DNA from: an uncultured Actinomycetota bacterium
GTDB lineage: Bacteria > Actinomycetota > Actinomycetes > Actinomycetales > Dermatophilaceae
Reading direction: 5' to 3'
DNA: 64,000 nt
Assembly (NCBI GenBank): GCA_963709785.1
Contig: CAVPXT010000007.1
Span: 137,613-201,612, forward strand
The notes under the pieces were generated by a model. That model was given only the letters and a program-made list of their open reading frames with translations. It made no database searches and was not told the origin of the DNA. Shown piece by piece: positions 9,367-18,894 of this stretch (its first letter is position 1; each line of letters opens with the position of its first letter). A program made the translations under genes and the position numbers.

Positions 9367-10400
9367 GAACGCACAGCCTTCCGCACGAGGCGGCTCCCGA
9401 GGCCGGTGAGCCCGCTCGGGGCGAAGTAGACGACGAGCACGAAGAACGCGCCGAGGATGAACAGCGGCTGCGACAGCACCGACCGCAGCCCGTCGGGCAG
9501 TGCCTGCAGCAGCCCGGAGCCGCTCGCCTCGACGAGCCGGGCGTCGGCGTAGTGGTAGAGGAACCCGCCGAGCAGCGCGCCCCAGGTGCTCCCGGCGCCG
9601 CCGAGCACGACCATGACGAGGAGGGACAGGGTGAACTCGGAGGTCGTGAGGTGCGGGCTCGACCCGCCGAGGACGAGGGCGTGGACGATGCCGCCGAGCC
9701 CCCCGAGGAAGCTGCCGACGACGATCGCGAGCAGCTTGACCCGGTAGGTCGTGAGCCCGATGACGGCGGCGCGGGCCTCGTTCTCGCGCACCGCGGCCAT
9801 CGCGTGCCCGGCGCGCGAGCGCACGAGCAGCCGGACGAGGACGAACGCGACGACGACGAAGGCCAGGGCGAGCCAGTACCGGTACGGCGCGTTGTCGACC
9901 CCCACGAGGATCGACGGCACCGCGTCCCGGTTCAGCGACCTGCCCTCCTCACCCCCGGTCACGCCACCCGGGTCGCGCAGCACGACGATCGAGGCGGCCT
10001 GCGCGAAGGCGAGGGTGACCATCGCGAAGGCGATGCCACCGACCCGCAGCGCGATCCCCCCGACGACGAGCGCCAACAGCGTGGTGCCGGCGAGCGCGAC
10101 GAGGATCGCCACCGGCAACGGCAGCGACCACGTCGAGAGCGAGATGGTGAGCAGGTAGCTCCCCGCGGCGACGAACAGCGCGTGCCCGAAGCTGAGCAGC
10201 CCGGTGCGCCCGAAGAGCACGTCGTAGCTGAGGGCGAACCCCGCGAAGACGAGGCAGGTGGCGAGCAGCTGCATCGAGCCCGGCCCGTTGACCCGCCCGG
10301 GCAGCAGCCCGGGGACGTCGAGCGGCAGGTACGGCAGGTAGGCGAGGACGGCGAGGAGGACGAGCGGCGGCAGCACCCGCAGCACGGACGACCGGCTCAT
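9363..10400 (-). CDS. branched-chain amino acid-type ABC transporter permease (LivM-like)
   Basis: Only the C-terminal 345 aa of ORF 9363..11288 (MSRSSVLRVLPPLVLLAVLAYLP...) are hydrophobic and permease-like. ATG at 10400 overlaps the upstream stop as ATGA. Confidence 0.85.
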   Translation of the reverse strand: MSRSSVLRVLPPLVLLAVLAYLPYLPLDVPGLLPGRVNGPGSMQLLATCLVFAGFALSYDVLFGRTGLLSFGHALFVAAGSYLLTISLSTWSLPLPVAILVALAGTTLLALVVGGIALRVGGIAFAMVTLAFAQAASIVVLRDPGGVTGGEEGRSLNRDAVPSILVGVDNAPYRYWLALAFVVVAFVLVRLLVRSRAGHAMAAVRENEARAAVIGLTTYRVKLLAIVVGSFLGGLGGIVHALVLGGSSPHLTTSEFTLSLLVMVVLGGAGSTWGALLGGFLYHYADARLVEASGSGLLQALPDGLRSVLSQPLFILGAFFVLVVYFAPSGLTGLGSRLVRKAVRS

Positions 10401-11281
10401 GCGGTGGCCCCTTTCAGCGACGACGGGCGCAGCAGGAGGACGAGGGCGAGGAGGAGGACCACCGACAGGTCGCCGATCCCGCTCGCCGCGTAGTAGTTGG
10501 CGAGCTGCTGGACGAGCCCCACCGCGAACGCGGCGACGACGGTGCCGGTGAGCGAGCCCATCCCGCCGATGACGACGACGATGAACGCGAAGATGAGCAG
10601 CGAGCCACCCTGTCCCGGCGAGACCGACCCCGCGTACTGCGAGAAGAGCACCCCGGCGAGGGCGGCGACCGCGCCGCCGAGCCCGAAGACGATCGTGAAG
10701 GTGCGCCGCACGTCGATGCCCAGGGCCTCGACCATCGTCCGGTTCTCCACGCCCGCCCGGATGACGAGGCCCAGGCGGGTGTACCGGAGCAGCGCCACGA
10801 GGCCGCCGTAGAGCGCGAGCGCCACCGCGAGGTAGACGAAGCGGTCGACGGGGAGCCGGGCGCCGACGACCTCGACGGTGCCCGTCATGAACGCCGGCTT
10901 GGGCACGACGTGGGGGTCGGAACCCCAGATGCCCTGCACCGCAGCCACGCTGGCCAGCGAGAGGCCGACGGTGACGAGCACCTGCTGGATGTGGTGCTCG
11001 TAGAGCGGGCGGATGAGGACCACCTCGACGACGGCGCCGACGGCGGCGCCGACGACCACCGCCACGACGACCGCCACGAGCAGCCGCAGCCCGACGGCCG
11101 TCGACGAGGGCAGGGCGTCCATCGTCAGCCACGCCGCGTAGGCACCGGCGGTCATGAACGCGCCGTGCGCGAAGTTGAGGACCCCCATGAGCCCGTAGAT
11201 GAGGGACAGCCCGCTCGCGGCGAGGAAGTAGAGCGCCCCGAGGCCGAGCCCGGTGACGAGGATGAGGACGAGGTCGCTCAT
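10397..11281 (-). CDS. branched-chain amino acid-type ABC transporter permease (LivH-like)
   Basis: MSDLVLILVTGLGLGALYFLAASGLSLIYGLMGVLNFAHGAF is a typical LivH N-terminus. ATGA overlap at 11278-11281. Confidence 0.85.
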   Translation of the reverse strand: MSDLVLILVTGLGLGALYFLAASGLSLIYGLMGVLNFAHGAFMTAGAYAAWLTMDALPSSTAVGLRLLVAVVVAVVVGAAVGAVVEVVLIRPLYEHHIQQVLVTVGLSLASVAAVQGIWGSDPHVVPKPAFMTGTVEVVGARLPVDRFVYLAVALALYGGLVALLRYTRLGLVIRAGVENRTMVEALGIDVRRTFTIVFGLGGAVAALAGVLFSQYAGSVSPGQGGSLLIFAFIVVVIGGMGSLTGTVVAAFAVGLVQQLANYYAASGIGDLSVVLLLALVLLLRPSSLKGATA

Positions 11282-11991
11282 GCGGCACCCTCCCGTCGCA
11301 TCGAGACCCCGAGCAGCTGGGTCGTCAGGTCGGTGTCGTCGACGAGGGCGGCCGCGTCGCCGCGGTGGACGACCCGGCCGGCGTCGAGCACGACCACGGA
11401 GTCGGCGATGCGGCGCACGAGCGGGAGGTTCTGCTCGACGAGGAGCACGGGCGTCGTCTGGGCGACCCGCGCCAGCACGTCGGCCACCTCGGTGACGAGC
11501 TTGGGCGCGAGGCCCTTGGTCGGCTCGTCGACGAGGAGGAGGTCGTTGTCCCGCAACAGGACCCGTGCCAGCGCGACCATCTGCTGCTGGCCGCCGGAGA
11601 GCGTCCCGGCCCGCTGGGCACGCCGGTCGACGAGGTCGGGGAAGAGCTCGCGCACGATCGGCGCATCGACGCCGGAGTCGGGGTCGACGAGCCGGAGGTT
11701 CTCCTCGACGGTCAGCCCGCCGAAGACCTCCCGGTCCTCGGGGACGTACCCGATGCCGCTCGCGACGATCCGGTGGGTGCGGTCGGACTGGATGTCGCGC
11801 CCGCCGACGGTGATCCGTCCGGTGCGGGGCGCGAGGCCGATGATCGCCTTGAGGGTCGTCGTCTTGCCGACCCCGTTGCGCCCGAGGAGGGCGGTGACCC
11901 CTGAGGCGGGGACCTCGAACGAGACACCCTGCAGGACGTGCGAACCGCCGTAGCGGACGTGCACGTCGTCGAGGGTGAGGACGCTGCTCAC
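11278..11991 (-). CDS. ABC transporter ATP-binding protein (LivF-like)
   Basis: Walker A GRNGVGKTT, signature LSGGQQQ, Walker B LLLVDEP. Confidence 0.9.
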   Translation of the reverse strand: MSSVLTLDDVHVRYGGSHVLQGVSFEVPASGVTALLGRNGVGKTTTLKAIIGLAPRTGRITVGGRDIQSDRTHRIVASGIGYVPEDREVFGGLTVEENLRLVDPDSGVDAPIVRELFPDLVDRRAQRAGTLSGGQQQMVALARVLLRDNDLLLVDEPTKGLAPKLVTEVADVLARVAQTTPVLLVEQNLPLVRRIADSVVVLDAGRVVHRGDAAALVDDTDLTTQLLGVSMRREGAA

Positions 11992-12722
11992 AGTGCTTCT
12001 CCCAGGTAGGCCTGCTGGACGCGCTCGTCGGCGGTGACCTCGTCCGGCGCCCCGACGGCGAGGAGGCTGCCGTGGTGGAGGACGGCGACCCGGTCGGCGA
12101 GCCCGAGGACGACGTGCATGTGGTGCTCGACCATGGCGACGGCCACGCCGGCGTCACGGACCTCGCCGATGATCGTCGTCAACCCGTCGACGTCCTCGGC
12201 CGAGACGCCGGCCATGGGCTCGTCGAGGAGCAGGGCGCGCGGATCGCAGGCCAGGGCCATCGCGAGCTCGAGCTTGCGCCGCCCGCCGTGCGAGAGGTCG
12301 CGGGCGAGGGTGTCGGCCGTGCCGCCCATCCGGACCCGCTCGAGCAGCTCCTCGATCCGGGCCCGGGCGACCGAGCCGGCCCGGCGGAACGGGGACGCCG
12401 GTGCGGGGCCGGTGCCCTGCACCGCGAGCCGGACGTTCTCCCCGGCGGTGAGGCCGTCGAAGAGGGCCGAGGTCTGGAACGAGCGGGCGAGCCCCATCCG
12501 GGACCGCCGGGTGGCGGACCGTCGGCTCACGTCCTCCCCCCCGAGGGTGACCCGGCCCGTCGTGGGCCGGGTCACCCCGGAGAGGATGTTGACGAGGGAG
12601 GACTTGCCGGCGCCGTTGGGGCCGATGATTCCGAGGAGCTCACCGGACCCGACGGCCAGGCTCACGTCGTCGAGGATCTGGGCCCCGCCGACCCGCCAGC
12701 CGACGCCCTCCGCGCCGATCAC
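11988..12722 (-). CDS. ABC transporter ATP-binding protein (LivG-like)
   Basis: Walker A GPNGAGKSS, LSHGGRRKLE, LLLDEPMAG. Confidence 0.9.
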   Translation of the reverse strand: MIGAEGVGWRVGGAQILDDVSLAVGSGELLGIIGPNGAGKSSLVNILSGVTRPTTGRVTLGGEDVSRRSATRRSRMGLARSFQTSALFDGLTAGENVRLAVQGTGPAPASPFRRAGSVARARIEELLERVRMGGTADTLARDLSHGGRRKLELAMALACDPRALLLDEPMAGVSAEDVDGLTTIIGEVRDAGVAVAMVEHHMHVVLGLADRVAVLHHGSLLAVGAPDEVTADERVQQAYLGEAL

Positions 12723-13930
12723 TGGAAGGGGGTGACCGGCGGCGCGACCGCCTTCGGGTCGAGGGTCTCGCCGAGGACGGGGACGTAGCCGTCGCCCTGC
12801 TTCTCGAGGCTCGCGGTGAACATCGGCTGCAGCACCGCGTGGTCCTCGGCGCGGATCTCCATCGAGCCCTTGGGGCCCTCGAAGGTCCAGCCCTCGAGCG
12901 CGGCGACCATGGCGTCGACGTCGTCCGGGTTCGCCTCGAGGGCGTGGACGACCATCTGCGCGGCGACGAAGCCGTCGTTCGTGAAGAGGTCGACGCTGCC
13001 GCCCTGCTCCTTCATGCCCGCGTCGAGCGCCTTGTAGGCCTCGTTGTCGGCGGCGCCGTCGAAGAAGTGCGAGAGGAAGTCGATCTTCGTCGCCGACTCA
13101 CCGAACAGGGCGTGGGTCGGCTTGATGTCGAGCCCGGTGACGACCTTGGTCACGTCGAAGACACCCTGCTGGCTGAGCGTGGTCCACATCTGGGTGGCGT
13201 TGGTGCCGGCCCAGGCGACGAAGAGCAGGTCGGGCTTCTCGGCCTTGATCTTCGAGGCGAACGGCGTGAACTCGGTGGCCGCGGCGGGCACCTCGACCGA
13301 GGCGACGGTCGCGCCCTTGGCGCCGAGGATGTTCGTGACGGCGGCGATGTTCGCCTTGCCGAAGGCGCTGTCCTGCGCGAGGACGGTGACCTTCTTGCCC
13401 TGCACGTCGCCGATCATGGTGCCGGCGGTCGCGACGTCCTGGTAGGTCTGGCGGCCCGAGCGGAAGGTGTACTTGTTCGCGCCGGTCACGGCGTCGACGG
13501 CCGCGGGTCCGGAGATGAAGAGGACCTTGTTGTCCTTGGCGAGCGGCGCGACCTGGAGGGCGACACCCGAGGAGGTCGAGCCGGCGAGCACCTTGACGCC
13601 CTTGCCGATGAGGTCGGTCGCGGCGGCGACGGCCTTCGCGGGGTCGCCCGCGTCGTCCTGCTCGGTGATCTCGACCGGGCGGCCGTTCACCTCGTCCGTG
13701 CCCTTCGTCGCGAAGGACAGTCCGGCGGTGAAGCCCTGGCGGTACTGCTCCCCGTAGGTCGCGAGCGGGCCGGACTTGGAGTAGACCAGTCCCACCTGGA
13801 CCGGTGAGCCCGAGCTGGACTCCCCCGACCCGGAGGACGAGTCGGCGCCGGGCTCACCCGGGGAGCCGCAGGCCACCAGGCCCAGGGACAGGACGGCGCT
13901 CGCAGCGGCGAGACCAAGACGACGGGACAC
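12719..13930 (-). CDS. ABC transporter substrate-binding lipoprotein (LivJ/K, PBP type I)
   Basis: Lipobox LGLVACGS and a Ser/Gly linker. Typical Leu/Ile/Val-binding-protein-like sequence (VGLVYSKSGPLATYGEQY...). Confidence 0.9.
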   Translation of the reverse strand: MSRRLGLAAASAVLSLGLVACGSPGEPGADSSSGSGESSSGSPVQVGLVYSKSGPLATYGEQYRQGFTAGLSFATKGTDEVNGRPVEITEQDDAGDPAKAVAAATDLIGKGVKVLAGSTSSGVALQVAPLAKDNKVLFISGPAAVDAVTGANKYTFRSGRQTYQDVATAGTMIGDVQGKKVTVLAQDSAFGKANIAAVTNILGAKGATVASVEVPAAATEFTPFASKIKAEKPDLLFVAWAGTNATQMWTTLSQQGVFDVTKVVTGLDIKPTHALFGESATKIDFLSHFFDGAADNEAYKALDAGMKEQGGSVDLFTNDGFVAAQMVVHALEANPDDVDAMVAALEGWTFEGPKGSMEIRAEDHAVLQPMFTASLEKQGDGYVPVLGETLDPKAVAPPVTPFQ

Positions 13931-14130
13931 GGGTTCCTCCTTCGGGGGGCGCTCGCGCCATTGCCCACACGATGTCTGTGACGCCCCGACCGTTGCGGTG
14001 ACCGTAGTGCGGGAGTCGGGGGGCCAGCCGTGGACTGCCGCACCACATTGGACGCTGACGGATGTGGGGGCGCCCCACTGGCCGGGGTGCGGGAATGGCG
14101 GTGGAGGGGCTCTCGTTGCACAGGTGTCAG

Positions 14131-14146
14131 ATACCCCCTAGGGTAT
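14131..14146. promoter_or_regulatory. CsoR/CstR-type operator-like palindrome ATACCCCCTAGGGTAT (site 2 of 8)
   Basis: Fits ATACCC-N4-GGGTAT. Lies 59 bp upstream of the MBL-rhodanese gene start at 14205. Confidence 0.6.
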
Positions 14147-14204
14147 GTAACAGACACCCGGTCCGGTTGCCCGGACCACCCACGCCCCCGCCACGGAGGA
14201 CCCG

Positions 14205-15581
14205 ATGATCTTCACCCAGTACTACCTCGACTGCCTCTCCCAGGCCGCCTACCTCGTCGGTGACGAGACCTCCGGCCAGGCCGTCGTCGTCGACCCCCGC
14301 CGCGACGTCGCCGAGTACGTCGAGGACGCCCGCGCCCACGGCCTCACCATCGTCGGGGTCATCAACACCCACTTCCACGCCGACTTCGTCTCCGGCCACC
14401 TCGAGCTGGCGCGCGAGACCGGCGCCTGGATCGGCTACGGCGAGGCCGCGCAGACCGACTTCCCGGCGCGCCACCTCGCCGACGGCGAGCGGATCTCGCT
14501 CGGCGACGTGACCCTCGAGATCATGACGACCCCGGGGCACACGCCGGAGTCGATCTCGGTCCTCGTGTTCGAGCACGCGGACGACGACGTCGCCTACGGC
14601 GTCCTCACCGGCGACGCACTCTTCATCGGGGACGTCGGCCGCCCGGACCTCCTCGCGTCGATCGGGGTCACCGCGGACGAGCTCGGCCGGATGCTCTACG
14701 ACTCCGTACAGCACAAGCTCATGGGTCTCGACGACGCCGTCCGGGTCTTCCCGGCCCACGGCGCCGGCTCGGCCTGCGGCAAGAACCTCTCGACGGAGCG
14801 CCAGTCGACGATCGGCGAGCAGCGGGCGTTCAACTACGCGTGCCAGCCGATGACGGAGGACGCGTTCCTCGCCGTGGTCACCGCCGGGCAGCCGAGCGCC
14901 CCCGAGTACTTCGTGTACAACGCCGTCCTCAACCGGCAGCAGCGCGACATCCGCGACCTCGACGTCACGGTGCCTGCTCTGTCCCCCGACGAGGTCGACG
15001 CCGCCCTGGCCGCCGGTGCCGCCGTGCACGATGCCCGCGACCCGCAGGAGTTCGCCGCCGCGCACCTCGAGGGCGCGGTCAACGTGCCCGTCGACGGCCG
15101 GATGGCGGAGACGGTCGGCATGGTCTTCTCGCCCGAGCAGTCCATCGTCGTCATCGCCCCCGAGGGCCAGGAGCAGGAGGTCGCCACCCGGTTCGCCCGG
15201 ATCGGCTACGACCACGTGCTCGGCTACGTCGCCGACCCCGAGGCCTACTTCCTCGGCCACGCGGACAGCGTCCGGCACGCGAGCCGCCTCACGGTGGCGG
15301 ACGCCGCCGAGGCCTTCGCCGGTGGCGACGTCCAGGTGGTCGACATCCGCAACGCGGGTGAGGTCGAGACCGGCATGGTGCCGGGCGCCCGCCACGTCGC
15401 GCTCGCCGAGCTGGGTCGCCGTGTCGACGAGCTCGACGTGACCCGTCCCGTCGTCGTCTACTGCGCCGGTGGCTGGCGCAGCTCGGTCGCGGCGAGCCTG
15501 CTGCGGAGCAAGGGCTTCGCGGACGTCTCGGACGTGCTCGGCGGCTACGGCGCCTGGGAGCAGGCGCACGCCCGCGCCTGA
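14205..15581 (+). CDS. MBL-fold persulfide-dioxygenase-like domain fused to two rhodanese domains (CstB/Blh-type)
   Basis: Metallo-beta-lactamase motif INTHFHADFVSGH. C-terminal rhodanese with VVVYCAGGWRS active-site loop. GGAGGA RBS before the ATG. Confidence 0.85.
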   Translation: MIFTQYYLDCLSQAAYLVGDETSGQAVVVDPRRDVAEYVEDARAHGLTIVGVINTHFHADFVSGHLELARETGAWIGYGEAAQTDFPARHLADGERISLGDVTLEIMTTPGHTPESISVLVFEHADDDVAYGVLTGDALFIGDVGRPDLLASIGVTADELGRMLYDSVQHKLMGLDDAVRVFPAHGAGSACGKNLSTERQSTIGEQRAFNYACQPMTEDAFLAVVTAGQPSAPEYFVYNAVLNRQQRDIRDLDVTVPALSPDEVDAALAAGAAVHDARDPQEFAAAHLEGAVNVPVDGRMAETVGMVFSPEQSIVVIAPEGQEQEVATRFARIGYDHVLGYVADPEAYFLGHADSVRHASRLTVADAAEAFAGGDVQVVDIRNAGEVETGMVPGARHVALAELGRRVDELDVTRPVVVYCAGGWRSSVAASLLRSKGFADVSDVLGGYGAWEQAHARA

Positions 15582-15593
15582 CCGTCCCTCGTC

Positions 15594-15634
15594 GGACCCC
15601 GCGGCTGGACCCCAGAGGTCCGGCCGCGGGGTCC
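15594..15634. terminator. GC-rich hairpin between convergent genes (18-bp stem, one mismatch)
   Basis: GGACCCCGCGGCTGGACC / CCAGA / GGTCCGGCCGCGGGGTCC, 12 nt after the stop at 15581. Confidence 0.5.
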
Positions 15635-15661
15635 GTGCGTTCAGGGGCGTGGGCGAGGCCC

Positions 15662-16201
15662 TCAGCCGCGGAAGAGTGCCGACAGGTCCAGTGAGGGGAC
15701 GTGCCTCTTGACGGCCAGCGAGACGTAGGTGCGGCCGAGGACGTCCTTGCCGGCGCCCAGGACGGTGCTCAGCAGGCCGATCGCCTCCTCCAGGCGCTCC
15801 GGCTGCACGTCGGCGGCGACCCGGCGCCACATCTCGCGCTCCAGGGAGTTGAACGCCGTCTGGACCTCGACGATGTCGAAGCCCGCGGCGAACCGTTCTC
15901 GGGCCACCGACTCGGCGTAGGCCTCGATCGTCGTCAGGTCCCGGTCGCGGATCGCCGCGGCCACCAGGTCGTAGAGGTCAGCGAGGCGCTGGCGCGTCAG
16001 TGGCTCGCCGGCGGCTTCGTAGTGCGTCGAGTGGAAGGCCTCGAGCGACGCATAGGCACTCTCCAGCACCTCGGTGCGAGCTCGGACCAGCACATCGTCA
16101 ACGTCCACGGCGATCTCCTCGATCGCGTCGGCGGACAACCACTCCGGTGCTCGCACAGGTTTCCGTCCGACGAACCCGAGTTCACGGTAACAGGGTGGCA
16201 A
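15662..16201 (-). CDS. hypothetical protein, RsbRD-N / globin-coupled-sensor-like helical domain
   Basis: 179-aa ORF with coding-like composition and no strong motif. The start is probably internal, since the listed start overlaps the HNH pseudogene 3' end. Confidence 0.5.
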   Translation of the reverse strand: MPPCYRELGFVGRKPVRAPEWLSADAIEEIAVDVDDVLVRARTEVLESAYASLEAFHSTHYEAAGEPLTRQRLADLYDLVAAAIRDRDLTTIEAYAESVARERFAAGFDIVEVQTAFNSLEREMWRRVAADVQPERLEEAIGLLSTVLGAGKDVLGRTYVSLAVKRHVPSLDLSALFRG

Positions 16202-17664
16202 AGGGCTCGACGGCCGGCACCTGACGGTGTGCGGGCTCGGTGGTGCGGGCGCGGCCGGTGGTGGAGGTCCAGGTGATGGTGCCGTCGGGGTCGAGGCTGT
16301 AGCGCCAGCGGCCGGTCTGCTTGAGGCGGTGGTGTCGTCGGCAGAGGCCGGCGAGGTTGGCGGGGGAGGTGGGTCCGTCGGGCCAGGGGCGGGTGTGGTC
16401 GAGGTCGACGTGGTCGGCGCGTCTCGAACAGCCCCACATGCGGCAGGTGCCGTCCCTGGTGGTGACGAACTCCCGCATCGCCGCCGGTGGCCGGTACGCG
16501 CTGCTGGTGTGGGAGGTGAGGGTGCCGGTGTCGGCGTCCAGGACCGCCCTGGCGACGTCCAGCGGGAGGGCCTTCAGGAGCCCGGCGACGGTGGCCGCCT
16601 CGACCCAGCCCAGGCCCGGGCAGGTGGGTGCCGGAGACCGCGTACCCGGTGGTCACGGGCGAGACGACGGTGGCGACGTCGCCGTCGGGTTCGGGGCCCA
16701 TCTCGATCCAGGACAGCTCCTCCCGCGACTCCGCGCTGAGGTCACCGAAGCGGACGACCTCGCCGGTGTCGTGGTCGACGATGGTGTCGTCGTCGTCCCA
16801 GTCGTACCTGAACCGCACTGGTGCGGCAGCCAGGCGCCGGCTCCGGCACCCCCGTCACGACCGGTACTCCCGAGGGTGACCTTCGCGGTGACGTCCACGT
16901 TCCTCAGCAGCAGGTCACCGAACGCGTCCGCGCGGGACTCCGGCAGCGACAGCTCCGGGTCCACCGCCCGGTACTCCCCGGCGAGGCTCTCCACCGCCGA
17001 CCACGCGGCAGCACTCGTCGCCGTGGGCAGGGAGGCGAACCACTCGGTCAGCCCGTCGACGCCGGGCCGCACCTCGACGGTGCGGCACCTCCGGGTCTTG
17101 GCGGCGTGCGCGGCGACCTGGTCCGCCGCGACCCGCGCCGCCACCGTCCGGGCGGCACTGGTCACCCGGGCCGGGTCCATCGCCGCCAGCCGCGGTGCCA
17201 GGTCGGCATCCACCCGCAGGCACGCCTCCACGTCGAGACCGGCGCACGCCTCGACGACCTTGTGCGCCGAGGACACCGGCAGGTCACCCGAGAGCACCAG
17301 GTCCCGCATCGCCGGGAACCGCTCACCCAGCGCCGCGCCGAGCGCGGCCTTGCGACCCGCGAGGCCCTCCGTCACCCCGGTCGCCAAACTCATCTCCGCC
17401 GCCGCCATCGCATCCACGTACCCGACCGGGTGGACCCGCTCCCACGGACCCGACTCCCGCATCGTGGTCTCCACCCGGGCACCCCACGCCCCGAGCACCG
17501 ACACCAGCCCGTCCGCGCAGTTCGCGACCGCCTGCGCCTCCCCGGCCAGCTCGAACGCCTCCACCGGATCCAGCCCGTGCCCCTTCGGCAGCGACCTCAC
17601 GCGCCACCTCCGCGCACCCCTCACGCAGTGCCGCGATCCGCCCGCTGAGCCCGCCCCTGTCCAT
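16182..17664 (-). pseudogene. DUF222 / HNH endonuclease (13E12-repeat type) disrupted by about 3 frameshifts
   Basis: The protein is spread over alternating frames. N-terminus MDRGGLSGRIAALREG (ORF 17323..17664), DUF222 body (ORF 16653..17720), middle part (ORF 15997..16818) and the HNH motif CRMWGCSRRADHVDLDHTRPWPDGPTSPANLAGLCRRHHRLK (ORF 16182..16478). Confidence 0.7.
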
Positions 17665-17838
17665 GCCTCATCGTACCGAACACCTGTTCGAGGCACAAGA
17701 CCCGATCCACACCTGTTCACCTACAGCACAGCGCGTTTCGCCGTCCGTACACGAAGTGACACATTCGTCGAAAGTGGTACGCCCGCAGACGCTCCGGCAG
17801 CGGCGCAGAGGGCCTCCTACAGGTGGCAGGCTGGCCCC

Positions 17839-18894
17839 GTGCGAGCCCTCGTCTACGACGCCTTCCGGACCGACCCCTACGTCACCGACCTCCCGGACCC
17901 GACCCCTCCCCCGGGCGCCGCGGTGGTCCGGGTCGCCGCGTCCGGGCTCTGCCGCAGCGACTGGCACGGCTGGATGGGCCATGACGCCGACATCGCGACC
18001 TTCCCCCACGTGCCCGGCCACGAGCTCGCCGGCACGGTCGAGTCGGTCGGCGACGGTGTCGACCCGTCGTGGCTCGGGCGCTCGGTCACCGCGCCCTTCG
18101 TCTTCGCCTGCGGGCGGTGCCCCACCTGCGCCGCCGGCGACGGCCAGGTCTGCCCCAACCAGCGCCAGCCCGGGTTCACCGACCCCGGTTCCTTCGCGGA
18201 ACGAGTCGTCGTCCATGCCGCCGGCACCAACCTCGTCGCCCTCCCCGACGCCGTCCCGGCGCACCTCGCGGCGGGCCTCGGCTGCCGGGTCGCCACGGCC
18301 CACCGCGCCGTCGTCACCCGCGGCCGACTCGCCGCTGACGACACCGTCGTCGTGCTCGGTTGTGGCGGAGTCGGACTCGCAGCGGTACGGATCGCCACGT
18401 CCCACGGCGCCCGGGTCTGCGCCGTCGACGTCGACCCCGGCTCCCGCGACCTGGCGGCAGCGCTCGGCGCCGAGCTGACCCTCGACGGCACCCTCGCCGA
18501 GGACGCCCTCGCCGCAGCCGTCGCGGACTGGTCCACCGGCGGGGCCCACCTGTCGCTCGACGCGGTCGGCTCACCCACCACCGCGCGGTCCGGCATCCTC
18601 GCGCTGCGGCGCCGGGGGCGCCACGTCCAGGTCGGCCTCCTGCCCCCCGCCGCCGGACGCGTCGACATCCCGATGGAGCGCGTCATCGGGTGGGAGCTCG
18701 ACGTGCTCGGCAGCCACGGCATGGCCGCCGCCGACTACGTGGGACTCCTCGCCGAGGTCGCGTCCGGCACCCTCGAGCTCGACGCGCTCCTGGCGCCCGG
18801 CGAGCCGGTCGGTCTCGAGGAGGCGGGCCGCCTTCTCAGCCGGATGGGCGAGACGGCCTCCCGCGGAATGGTCCTCGTCGACCCGAGCCGCTAG
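17839..18894 (+). CDS. zinc-binding alcohol dehydrogenase family protein
   Basis: GTG at 17839 (VRALVYDAF...), GLCRSDWH, GHELAG, structural-zinc CGRCPTCAAGDGQVC, GCGGVG Rossmann. The upstream 500 codons of ORF 16321..18894 are antisense to the HNH pseudogene. Confidence 0.85.
   Translation: MRALVYDAFRTDPYVTDLPDPTPPPGAAVVRVAASGLCRSDWHGWMGHDADIATFPHVPGHELAGTVESVGDGVDPSWLGRSVTAPFVFACGRCPTCAAGDGQVCPNQRQPGFTDPGSFAERVVVHAAGTNLVALPDAVPAHLAAGLGCRVATAHRAVVTRGRLAADDTVVVLGCGGVGLAAVRIATSHGARVCAVDVDPGSRDLAAALGAELTLDGTLAEDALAAAVADWSTGGAHLSLDAVGSPTTARSGILALRRRGRHVQVGLLPPAAGRVDIPMERVIGWELDVLGSHGMAAADYVGLLAEVASGTLELDALLAPGEPVGLEEAGRLLSRMGETASRGMVLVDPSR

Noticed and set aside
13931-14130. Possible riboswitch or sRNA in the 200-nt region upstream of the Liv operon
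   Set aside because: I could recognise no conserved riboswitch core or convincing terminator/antiterminator pair by eye. This cannot be supported without a covariance-model search.
16182-17664. Active mobile element / homing endonuclease
   Set aside because: It has multiple frame breaks, and I could find no flanking terminal repeats or integrase/transposase.
16321-17838. N-terminal 506 codons of the 857-aa plus ORF
   Set aside because: It is antisense to the HNH/DUF222 pseudogene and has Ser/Arg/Pro/Ala junk composition. The ADH homology begins at GTG 17839.
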